A stretch of DNA of 63,217 bases, filler included, from Collodictyon triciliatum (Eukaryota), in NCBI GenBank assembly GCA_043381765.1. It is 12 parts of 11 records of this genome, joined end to end, with 100 filler letters (N's around TTAATTAATTAA, not from the genome) between each part and the next. Parts side by side here need not be neighbours in the genome. Positions count along the whole stretch, not along the records: positions 48,502 to 54,597 come from JBHJMP010004712.1; positions 54,698 to 60,792 come from JBHJMP010004713.1; positions 60,893 to 63,217 come from JBHJMP010004751.1; 9 more parts are not named here. One strand, written 5' to 3'. Below, piece by piece: positions 54,501 to 63,217 of the stretch (positions are counted from its first letter, which is position 1; each line of letters opens with the position of its first letter). The position numbers were made by a program, and so were the translations under genes. Below the pieces are notes generated by a model that was not told where the DNA came from, made no database searches, and saw only the letters and a list, made by a program, of their open reading frames with translations.

Positions 54501-54597
54501 CAAATCTTCGTCCAACAATACCATCAAATACCTCTGAAGAATTAAGGAACTTGATGCACGAGCTATGGGCACAAGACCCCAGCCAAAGAATAACATT
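48502..54597 (+). CDS. Single-pass receptor kinase: Kelch/CUB/Cys-rich ectodomain, TM, TKL-type kinase (both ends truncated)
   Basis: CUB-like starts (CRG..GFITDGSGDFQYFPGTNCEWDI; FDDGSGDGMYLENSNCTWIL), CIPCPSGTYQP, many Kelch GG repeats and TM IIGGVLGGVLFVGCIAGYIYRKK (about 53330-53400). Kinase motifs GSGSFG, VAIK, RHPNIV, IIHRDLKSLNIL, SDFGL, WLAPEVL, SDVFSFG. Confidence 0.92.
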
Positions 54598-54697
54598 NNN
54601 NNNNNNNNNNNNNNNNNNNNNNNNNNNNNNNNNNNNNNNNNTTAATTAATTAANNNNNNNNNNNNNNNNNNNNNNNNNNNNNNNNNNNNNNNNNNNN

Positions 54698-55215
54698 CTC
54701 GACCTGATGATGCAGAAGCCTTTTGCTCTATCCCAGCAAAGTTGGCCCGTAACAGCATGTAGCTGGGTAGACTCACACATTTCACAGTTTTCATACAGAA
54801 TCATCCACCGCGCTTGTAGCGGCTCGGGCGTGTTTGGCAGGGGTGATGGGATTCTGCTCTCACAGAGCTGTACCTTGAAGCTCGGGCATAAGCGATGGAT
54901 AAGATACCACATTCTACGCTGCCAAAATCCTTTCGGATGGGTGAGCATATCTGTCCACCATCTCATCGTGAGCGATGTCCATGCAATACCAGGCGTTATG
55001 AGTCCCATCCCTCCCTCTGCAGGTGGCTTAGAGAGCGTCTTGATTTTATATTTTTGATTATTCGTTGTGATGAAGTTGCGGCAGTTGTCTTTCAGCTCCT
55101 TCAGCCTTTGGGGATTCATCACAGTGCCTTTCATGTTGTAGACAAGAGTGCTTTGAAATTTTTTCGGTAACAATATATGGAGCCCTACATGAGTGTGGAG
55201 ATCGAAAACGCAAGC
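54698..55215 (-). mobile_element. Fragment of a non-LTR retrotransposon (L1/Tx1-like) ORF2, post-RT region
   Basis: G.HILL..FQSTLVYNM...L...CRNFI...LSKPPAEGGMGLI..SLTMRWW..L...FW matches the conserved L..P..GG(L/M)G region downstream of the RT core in L1-clade ORF2. No YxDD in the fragment. Confidence 0.7.
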
Positions 55216-56295
55216 TTTAGACAAACACACTTGAATGCACGAGAATCGAGGACACAACTCGACCAAGGCCCCTCGGCAACACAGATTTGTCGATCAAAGA
55301 GAGCCCAGGAGCAGAACCTGTACGGAGCTGGCTGCTACGTCCGCCTTCGAGGTAAGCACAAACTGCCCCAGAACCATGAAGCCCGCAACCAAGGGAAGAG
55401 AGAAATCACTCAAGTCCTTAAAGAATTCAAGTGCTACGAGGAGAACGTGAACATGCAACTGTACGATCAACCCCAAGGATACACAGTAGCCTTCCTGCAC
55501 CAACAAAACGCCGCAGAGTTTGCCAAAGCAGGACAGTTTAAACTGCTCAATCGTTCTTTCCACCCATACCAAGAAAGGCCACCTATCCACTCTGCTATCA
55601 TCGGCGATATTCCCCCAAGCTTCACCAATGAATATATTGAAGAGGCCTGCAAAGCAATATTTTCGCCTACCATAGTTTACTATGAAGCTGTGGACAGTAT
55701 CTGGACCAATGACGCGCTGGTCAAGTTCCCGGCATCAGAAATATCCACAGTGCCAAAAAAGAAAATAACCCTGCTAGGATTCCTCGTCCCCTTTATACTC
55801 CTCTCCGAACGGAAGGAGAAGCCTAAACACGATACCAAACACAACAAGCACCAGGGCAAATACCATGGGAAACCCAAACTCAAACCCTCGCAACCCACGC
55901 AGTCCAGGGGTGAAAGACGGGCCCAACCCTCCCGGACACCATCACCCGAAGCCATGGAAGACGAGGACGATGAACCACCTCAGCCCACTACCGCCACCCA
56001 ACCAAGAAGCTCCTCTCGCAAGGAACTCCCAAAGAAAGAAATGAGACTTTGGGAAATGCGCGTCATCCTGAAACCAACCGAACATACAGACCAAGGCACG
56101 GCTTTTTCGTCTGGAAGAACCCTTGAGAGGAAGACGACTACAGCAAATAAACCAACAGTAAGCCTGAGCTCCAAACCCCAATATAGACCACCGAGAGTGG
56201 AAAGGCCTACATCAGCGCCCGCGCCTGATTTTCAATCAAGCTTCCCGCACCTGATAGAAAACACGAGTCGAGATCTGGATATCAGGTCTAGTTGA
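55177..56295 (+). CDS. ORF A: LINE ORF1-like (tandem RRM-like) protein with disordered tail; true start uncertain
   Basis: TVAF...NAAEF...AIIGDIPPSFTNEYIEEAC...TNDALVKF...PKKKITLLG resembles the tandem-RRM pattern of L1/Tx1 ORF1. The annotated ATG lies outside the repeat boundary. Confidence 0.55.
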   Translation: MEPYMSVEIENASFRQTHLNARESRTQLDQGPSATQICRSKRAQEQNLYGAGCYVRLRGKHKLPQNHEARNQGKREITQVLKEFKCYEENVNMQLYDQPQGYTVAFLHQQNAAEFAKAGQFKLLNRSFHPYQERPPIHSAIIGDIPPSFTNEYIEEACKAIFSPTIVYYEAVDSIWTNDALVKFPASEISTVPKKKITLLGFLVPFILLSERKEKPKHDTKHNKHQGKYHGKPKLKPSQPTQSRGERRAQPSRTPSPEAMEDEDDEPPQPTTATQPRSSSRKELPKKEMRLWEMRVILKPTEHTDQGTAFSSGRTLERKTTTANKPTVSLSSKPQYRPPRVERPTSAPAPDFQSSFPHLIENTSRDLDIRSS

Positions 56296-56360
56296 GACCC
56301 TGTCTTAGTAATGTGCAGCCAGTTCTTCTGGTTCCAACGCCGGGTGCGAGAAAAATATGA

Positions 56361-57197
56361 ATCGCTCGTGAGTTCAGGAAGACCCGTGCAAGGAAGCCGC
56401 CGGCAAGTCTGTCTGATCGGACAGTATTTTTGCACAAAGTCGAACAAGTTGATTACAACAAGAACAAGGCATGCAGACTCACCGATGCGCTCGCCTCCTT
56501 CTTGAAAGCGAACAAACTTTGGGAAGAGTCTATCCAATTGCGCTTACCGGACAGCGAAGGCCTTTGCCTGATTGCCTTCCGCACTGCAGAAAACGCCCGA
56601 AAGCTTCTGAAGCTGAAGCAGGTAAGTTTGGGCGATATCATAACCAGCTTCAGCAGAAGTAAACCAACAGAGACCTCGGTGATGATCTACCAACTACCGC
56701 TGGACGTGTGGCCGCAACTTATTCGTGAGGAGCTGAAGCCGTTCAGACCGACCCACGTGGACATCAAAAAGGAAAAAGGCTTACTCACAGACACGGCTGT
56801 GCTGAACCTTCTTTGCCACAAGAACCAGCTCCCTGCAAAGTTTACGGTCACGGGAAAAAAGTGTCCAAAGCGCATCCCCAAAAAGCGTCCGCCAGCCGCG
56901 AATAACGAACGACAAGTAAAAGCCCCGCAAAAGAATACACCTGCCAAGCAGACAAGCAGCAACGGGGTCAAGGAAGCCAAGGCCAGGCAACAACAGAGTT
57001 CGCAACACTCACAGCAGATACGCGCATACGGCGACAGCGACGATGACATGGAAGGGCAATCTCGGTTCCTCTTCAGAATCCTCGCACTCGAGTCAACACC
57101 AACACCGGACAAGCCCGCACATCGCAAGACCCAAGAGCAGCGCATCTCCAAACCCCGAAAGAAATCCCACTTAAACTACCCATTCAGACTGACGTGA
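56361..57197 (+). CDS. ORF B: second ORF1-like (tandem RRM-like) protein; no ATG start, possibly degenerate
   Basis: LIAFRTAENARKLL...SVMIYQLPLDVWPQLIREELKPF...GLLTDTAVL...LPAKFTVTG has the same motif spacing as ORF A. The frame is open from the TGA at 56358-56360. Confidence 0.55.
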   Translation: MAREFRKTRARKPPASLSDRTVFLHKVEQVDYNKNKACRLTDALASFLKANKLWEESIQLRLPDSEGLCLIAFRTAENARKLLKLKQVSLGDIITSFSRSKPTETSVMIYQLPLDVWPQLIREELKPFRPTHVDIKKEKGLLTDTAVLNLLCHKNQLPAKFTVTGKKCPKRIPKKRPPAANNERQVKAPQKNTPAKQTSSNGVKEAKARQQQSSQHSQQIRAYGDSDDDMEGQSRFLFRILALESTPTPDKPAHRKTQEQRISKPRKKSHLNYPFRLT

Positions 57198-57199
57198 AT

Positions 57200-57622
57200 A
57201 TGGCTAACATGGGAGGCCTCAAGGCAGTCTTCGTTACTTATCCGAAATACTCCAAAGCGAAGGCAACACAAGAACCAGCACCCACCAAAGATAGTCCGTT
57301 TCCCCTGCCCCAGCCCGTCGCACAGAGAACCAAAGAGCAAGAGCAAACACCACAAGTTGAATCCAAGCTTGGAACTCCACACCCCAAAGACAGTCCGAGC
57401 AAGCAGGAGCGTATGTTTCTAAATCCACAAACGCGTATCCTTACTCCGGTAAAGCAAAGTCCACTGCCGGCTGCGCATGGTTCCGAAACCAGGGGACGGT
57501 CAAGCGTCACTTCCGATAATACCAGACAAACAACGATGCATCGCTTTTTGTCTGAGTCGCCCAGCAAGAAACACAAGGAAAGTGACCCGTTGCCTCCTAA
57601 AAAGACTCATCCAGTGGAATGA
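57200..57622 (+). CDS. ORF C: short disordered P/Q/K-rich ORF with a PIP-box-like motif
   Basis: ATG lies 2 nt after the ORF B stop; contains QTTMHRFL (57527-57550). The homologous ORF in copy 2 starts at 6423 but is frameshifted. Confidence 0.45.
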   Translation: MANMGGLKAVFVTYPKYSKAKATQEPAPTKDSPFPLPQPVAQRTKEQEQTPQVESKLGTPHPKDSPSKQERMFLNPQTRILTPVKQSPLPAAHGSETRGRSSVTSDNTRQTTMHRFLSESPSKKHKESDPLPPKKTHPVE

Positions 57623-58458
57623 AATAGGATGTAAATCTTGTCTGAGATAGATGGTTGAAAGGACTCGTCGGAATCGATTTGAGAAGTAACTGCCATGTGC
57701 GTACTTTCATCGACCCGACAACTTTATCCGCTCTTCTGTCAGTCTCGAATACAACCAGAAATCGCGTTGGAGCTGATTCACCTCGGGTAGAATGGTCTGG
57801 GTGTGAGAACACTTTCTCTCCTTTCTATTTTCTTTCTCTCTTTCCTTTTCATTTTCTTTCCACCCAAAACACAAAATCTCCAACCACACAATCCGGGGTT
57901 TTCCACTGTCTCGTCCACAGCTCATTTCTTTTCCTAGAGGCGAAGGCGGTTTCCTCGGCTTTGTTTTCTCTCAATAAATTGTTGAAAATAAACCAAAATA
58001 AACCACCGCAACCCAGGATAAAGTAACAGTGATTTCCTGGGAATTGGGCTGGCCTCTTTAGCAACTATATTACCCTCATGATACGGAATGCGGAAATAGT
58101 TGATTAGAATTGTGCTCATTAATTGCTGTAGACGTATACTGATAAAGGTCTCAAAATTTCAGAAATTTACAGATTTCAAATTCACACAAATATTTAATAT
58201 GACCAAATAGACTCTGCCCACCTTCCCAGGCGCTTGGATGGGCGAGTACTACATCTCTAGAACTTACCAGATACGGTGGTGGTTGAAGATCGTGTGCATA
58301 ACAGAATCGCCATTAGACATGTCCTTTCTTGAAACATCATAATCCAAGAAATTGACTTCGGCTACATGCAACTTTGTAGGAAAAACTCGTAATTTGCGAA
58401 CTCACACAGAATACATATCGGCCAGCTAAGACTTGGCCTTTGAGTTTTGATAACGTAA

Positions 58459-59569
58459 ATGAGGTCGTTAGTGCAGCTTCTTCTGTTTCTTTTTGCAGTG
58501 TGTGTGATTGGTCCTAGTATAAGGTTAAGATCATCAATAGAAAGCAATAATATGACTAAAGGGGAAATACTCGAAGTAGAGAATGTCAAGTCACTTAGCA
58601 TGGACTATTCTAGTGTTAATATGGAAGACAGGTACAGTGCAGTTGATCTTCGACTTCCGAGACTTAGTGATGACCAACTTTTAGACTTGATAAGAGGATG
58701 TAAACCGGAGCGTCCTTTGATTATATATTACAATCGCGTGCCCAAGTGCGGTTCAACATCAATGCAGTACTATATTAGACAAAACTCACAGTTATCGATT
58801 ACTTTCGGAAAAAAATATGTTCCTTTTACTTATTCTCCGCATAATACTAAGGATCATCCAATAGCAGATCCTTACTCGTTATATATAAATGATGAAGAAG
58901 CTGAGGTACGAAAAAATGAAATTATGTCGCTTGGTCCTGCAGTTGTGGACAGTCATACCTCCTTCTATCCTTACTTCCCTGTTAACTCACACAACACTGC
59001 ATCAGGATATGGGGACATAGGTTACATTAATGTGGTCCGCGAACCTTTTGAAAGATATCAGTCCTTTAAGTCTTTCAAGTGTCGTAATACTGCTAAAATG
59101 TGCGATACTTCTATCAAGGAAGACATGGTTTCATATTCCAATCAGCAAATGACCTACATATGTGGACATCAGCCCGAGTGTATGCCGAGAAACCTGGATT
59201 CTCTATACATCTCCAAAGTTAGACTGATTCAGACGTATGCCGTTGTCGGTTTAACAGAATACTTGAACCAAACCTCACAACTACTGACCAAGATTTTCCC
59301 TGAATTCTTTTACGACGTAAGAAATCTTAGAAGCTTGCATCATAATCATATAATGAAGCTAATATCATTTTAAAATATTTATTCCGTTATGCAAGGTCAT
59401 AAAAGATGAAAAGCGTAATCAAGGCATGTCCAACACTTCATATTCTTCCAATTCTTCCGCCGAAGATATATCCTACTTCAAACGCACGAACGAGTTTGAT
59501 ATTATGTTCTATGAATTTGCCAAAGAAGTATTTAAGAAGAAGCTAGAGTCCTGTGGTATCTCTGAATAA
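58459..59569 (+). CDS. Heparan-sulfate/uronyl 2-O-sulfotransferase-like Golgi type II protein (2 exons)
   Basis: N-terminal signal anchor, 5'-PSB motif IYYNRVPKCGSTS, 3'-PB motif YINVVREPFERYQS, YICGHQPEC and YAVVGLTE. Exon 2 ends D..FYEFAK..F..KLESCGISE-TAA (59567-59569). Confidence 0.88.
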
Positions 59570-60464
59570 AAATTACAAATAGATGAGGAAGTTATTCTCT
59601 AGGCATTTTTCTTAACTTGTCCTTTTTGTTACTCCGTTATATATTCTCAGGTTTCACCGAATCCTTGATTCGGATCTAACTTATGACAATATCATATATT
59701 ATGTTTCAGTTGGGATGCCCACCTGAACAGGCCACTATTATTGATTTATTTCCAGTGCCAAGCCTCCTTATTAGTGTCTTCTACTCGCTTTTGCTCTCTG
59801 ACATGCGCATCTCTCTTTTGTATGGCATAACCTCGAGTCACTTTGAATCGAATAAAGAAAAAATATAAAACTTTTTCGACAGGATAAATATAGTTTGACA
59901 ACAGGCCCATTATAATGATATAGAGTCTGTGCTGTTATAATATCCTGCTTTTATTAATTACAAATCAAGGACTATTTACAAAAATGGGTTATGATAGAAT
60001 ATCTTTTTTTATCCAAATTTTGTATCGACAACTATATATTATGAACTTATCAATAGAACACACATTGTGTTTACTCCTTCGCGCTACAAGTACGAGATGC
60101 CAAAATTACCAAAATTTAAAACAATTAATGCTGTGGAATCTTTAACTCCATACTATATATTTTTTTATTCTAAAAATTTTGGCTGTTGAGCCCGTCTCAA
60201 CAATCTTTCATTCAACTATCAGGCAAGTAGTTCCAAAGTAGGCGGGAAAGTTTTGTAGCTCCGTGTTACTTGACTTGTCGATACTAATCCTAGGGTATTT
60301 AGCTGCAATTATTTTCTCAGTTTGACTAGCTGGGATATTTCTTTATATTCTATGTAACGAGAATAGTTATATCACTGCGGTTCCTCCTGATGCCGCTTAG
60401 TTTTTTGGATCCAATTCAATAAATTTTATGAAAAGAGAAAAGCCTCTATTCGATCTCGTCAGAA

Positions 60465-60790
60465 ACAACACACTCGAACGCACAAGAATCGAGTAAAAAC
60501 TCGACCAAAGCCCCTCGGCCACACCGAACCGCCGATCAGAGAGAGCCCAGGAGCTGAACCTGTACGGAGCTGGCTGCTACGTCCGCCTTCGAGGTAAGCA
60601 CAATTTGCCCCAAAACCACGAAGCCCGCAACCAAGCGAAGAAAGAACTCGCCCAAGTTCTTGAACAACTCAAGTGCTACGAGGAGAACGTGAACATGCAA
60701 CTGTACGATCAACCCCAAGGATACACAGTAGCCTTCCCGCACCAACAAAACGCCGCAGAGTTTACCAAAGCAGGACAGTTTAAACTGCTT
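60465..60790 (+). mobile_element. Dispersed repeat, copy 3 (5' part; cut by the contig end)
   Basis: High similarity to 55222-55548, encoding LYGAGCYVRLRGKH.LPQNHEARNQ..YEENVNMQLYDQPQGYTVAF. Confidence 0.85.
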
Positions 60791-60892
60791 GGNNNNNNNN
60801 NNNNNNNNNNNNNNNNNNNNNNNNNNNNNNNNNNNNTTAATTAATTAANNNNNNNNNNNNNNNNNNNNNNNNNNNNNNNNNNNNNNNNNNNN

Positions 60893-60986
60893 ATGTATGT
60901 ATGTATGTATGTATGTATGTATGTATGTATGTATGTATGTATGTATGTATGTATGTATGTATGTATGTATGTATGTATGTATGTAT
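60893..60986. repeat. (ATGT)n microsatellite at the contig start
   Basis: Directly visible. Confidence 0.95.
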
Positions 60987-61009
60987 TATTTTCTGATAAA
61001 TGTTTTTAG

Positions 61010-62381
61010 ATAGCCCCACCAGACGAGAAGGAGATGCGATTTTTTGATTTTCAAATTCGACTCCCGAAAACATATGGAGGCATAAAAGAATACATAGCGC
61101 GATTTCCGAAACTTAAGCCTGGCGAGAATAAGGTGATTTTTTTTCACAATTGTTTCTTTTGGCATTGCAAAGATCGACTAGATGGTTGTGTTTGCTTAAA
61201 CACATTTTTTGTGGCTACATTGCAGATGACCTACGAAGCAACTCCCTGGTACATATTCATGCCGATGACCGCACGTCTCATTCGACATTATGTGCCGAAT
61301 GCGAAGATTGTTGCCGTTCTTAGAAATCCAATTGACCGTGCATGGTCCCATTACCATTTCGACCACCTGAATAAACAAGGAGTGAATGTATCATTTTCTG
61401 AAGTCGCTGAGTAATTCTTTTTGATTGATTCTGCGTATAAAACAAGCCATTTTACTTACCCACCGTCCTGCACAAAAATTGAAAGGAAGAATAAAAAAAA
61501 AAGAAGCCATTTTACTTAATTTCGTCTTTAATTTCTCATAGAATGGAAATGTCAACGATTAAGTCGTGCAGAGAAAAGTTCGAGGCCTATGGTAAGCTAC
61601 CCTTTTGTTCATATTTGTTCTTCTTTTCAGCAGTTTCTCGACAACAAGATGCTTTTTTTCATTTATACATCGCCCGTGAGAAAAATATTCATGTCTCGGT
61701 ATTTAAAGACCTCCTTCATAATGAAACCTTAAATAGGGTTTACGGAGTATATTTGGAACTGTTTTCTGTTCTCTTATCCAAAGAGTGGACCATATGCAAC
61801 TTTTACCGGAAATGCACATTGGCACACACTAATTATCAATGGAGTCTATTCAGAACTAATTCAAACCTACTACAAAGTAATTTGCTACGATTAAATCCAA
61901 ATATCATTTCCTGAACATGACTACGCGCTCCCTTTATTTGTATAGCGCGCCATATTGTTTTTATTTATCTTACACCTTTCATAGTTTTTTGACAGGAATG
62001 ACATCTACGTAGTGAAAAGCGAAGACTTTTTCGAAAATACTCCTAAGATCATGGACGAACTCATTGAGTTTCTGGTATGTTCCACTTTATGAAGCCTGAT
62101 TTGTTTTCTTTACTCTGCACAAACATTAGTCCTTATTGTTTCTTTTCAACATCACTTGTAACCCTTCTACCTCGATTTTACGTGGATTTTAACGTACGCA
62201 GGGTCTGGATCCTTACGATTACTCATTCTTGGAGGGACGTGGAAACATGAATATTTTAAACAACGATTATGAAGATATGCCGGCATCAATACGGAGGAAA
62301 CTGGTTGAATTCTACAGAGAGTACAACGATGATCTTTCTAAATTAACGGGTATTGACACAGCGTCATGGAATGAGATGTAG
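61010..62381 (+). CDS. Sulfotransferase of the HS 3-O-sulfotransferase/NDST type, 5'-truncated
   Basis: KEMRFFD, YEATPWY, PNAKIVAVLRNPIDRAWSHY, IYVVKSEDFF..P..IMDELIEFLGL and LVEFYREYNDDLSKLTG..W; stop TAG at 62379-62381. Confidence 0.88.
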
Positions 62382-63131
62382 CATGCTGCTTATAGTGTGA
62401 TTCAACTGAATGACAGCTCTCATCACGAATGCTCCGCTTCAAACGTATTCCTCCCACAATTTTTTTTTTTTTTTTGCCATCACAAAAAGATAACGCACAA
62501 GGTTGATATCATCCGTGGACACAATCATATCCACAGATAATGTAATTAAATCGCTTCAGCTTCTTTTTCTTCTAGATGCTTCTATATCTACGTGTTGCAG
62601 TATTATGCTGGGTTTCTTGGCTCAGCCAAGATGTGAAGTTGCTGCGCTCCCATCCTTAGCCATCTCTCTCCTCTTTTCTTTTTCTCCTTTTCTCTCATGG
62701 CCTTGTAAAGCCAGTGAGAATATCTATTGTGCCTTTTTAATTTAAAAAAAAACGTATAAAATGGGCTCTATATGCGAGGCCACTGTTGCTAGAAATCGGA
62801 TAGTATCGAACGATTGAAGTTTTTGTGTGCGCTCAACTATAATATCACGCAGGTTTTCCTCACACGAGATCATGAGGGTTGGCATTTTGTGCTTTGTTCT
62901 GCTTTTTTTTTCTTTTTCCTTTCTTTTTTGCTTCCTTACTTTGGTCTTTATTTTGATCTTGCTTTTCTTATTTTCTTGGCCAAGAGTATAAAAAGTAACG
63001 AGCAGGTATCTGCAGCTCTCCTCTCCTCTGTACTCTACACAGCGCAAAAGTATCCTCGAGTAAAGTCAGGTTGGGGCGACCTATAGAAAACACAACTTGC
63101 AGCATACAGTTATTATCATTATTATTATTAC

Positions 63132-63217
<86 letters not shown>

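Larger units (their letters stand above)
55222..57972 (+). mobile_element. Dispersed repeat, copy 1 (about 2.75 kb), carrying ORF A, ORF B and ORF C
   Basis: Left boundary is set by homology to 60465-60790 and right boundary by homology to 6204-7173. Intronless, GC-richer and strongly A/C-skewed compared with host genes. Confidence 0.8.

Noticed and set aside
55215-57975. Possible short terminal inverted repeat (gaaacaa-like) on the dispersed element
   Set aside because: The match is only about 7-8 A-rich bases and inconsistent between copies; no transposase is visible.
58459-62381. Apparent cluster of two sulfotransferases
   Set aside because: They are separated by an artificial linker (60793-60892); the adjacency reflects contig ordering, not synteny.
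62500-63086. K-rich minus-strand ORF, possible gene tail
   Set aside because: A consistent spliced frame could not be built and no family was recognised.

Overview
This is eukaryotic, intron-rich, AT-rich and microsatellite-rich DNA from a protist-like organism (standard genetic code, GT-AG introns); the lineage cannot be fixed from the sequence alone. It is not one locus. Twelve contigs, mostly about 6.1 kb and roughly size-sorted, are joined by artificial 100-nt linkers (44N-TTAATTAATTAA-44N), so adjacency across linkers means nothing. Recognisable spliced genes: casein kinase I, MINPP1-type phosphatase, the USP7 C-terminus, CIR1, an animal-type alpha-amylase, a cyclin K/T/Q-type cyclin, a MYB repeat, mitochondrial malonyl-CoA:ACP transacylase, an EF-hand protein and two heparan-sulfate-type sulfotransferases. 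Four observations stand out. (1) An LRR-TRP/polycystin channel-SPRY-SPRY fusion that mixes group-1 and group-2 TRP hallmarks. (2) An LRR multipass membrane receptor whose central LRRs are each encoded by an exact 69-nt phase 1-1 exon. (3) An attractin-like Kelch/CUB receptor with a TKL kinase. (4) A dispersed repeat with tandem LINE ORF1-like ORFs and a PIP-box ORF, but no visible reverse transcriptase. Exon boundaries were read by eye and all family calls rest on motif recognition, not database searches.
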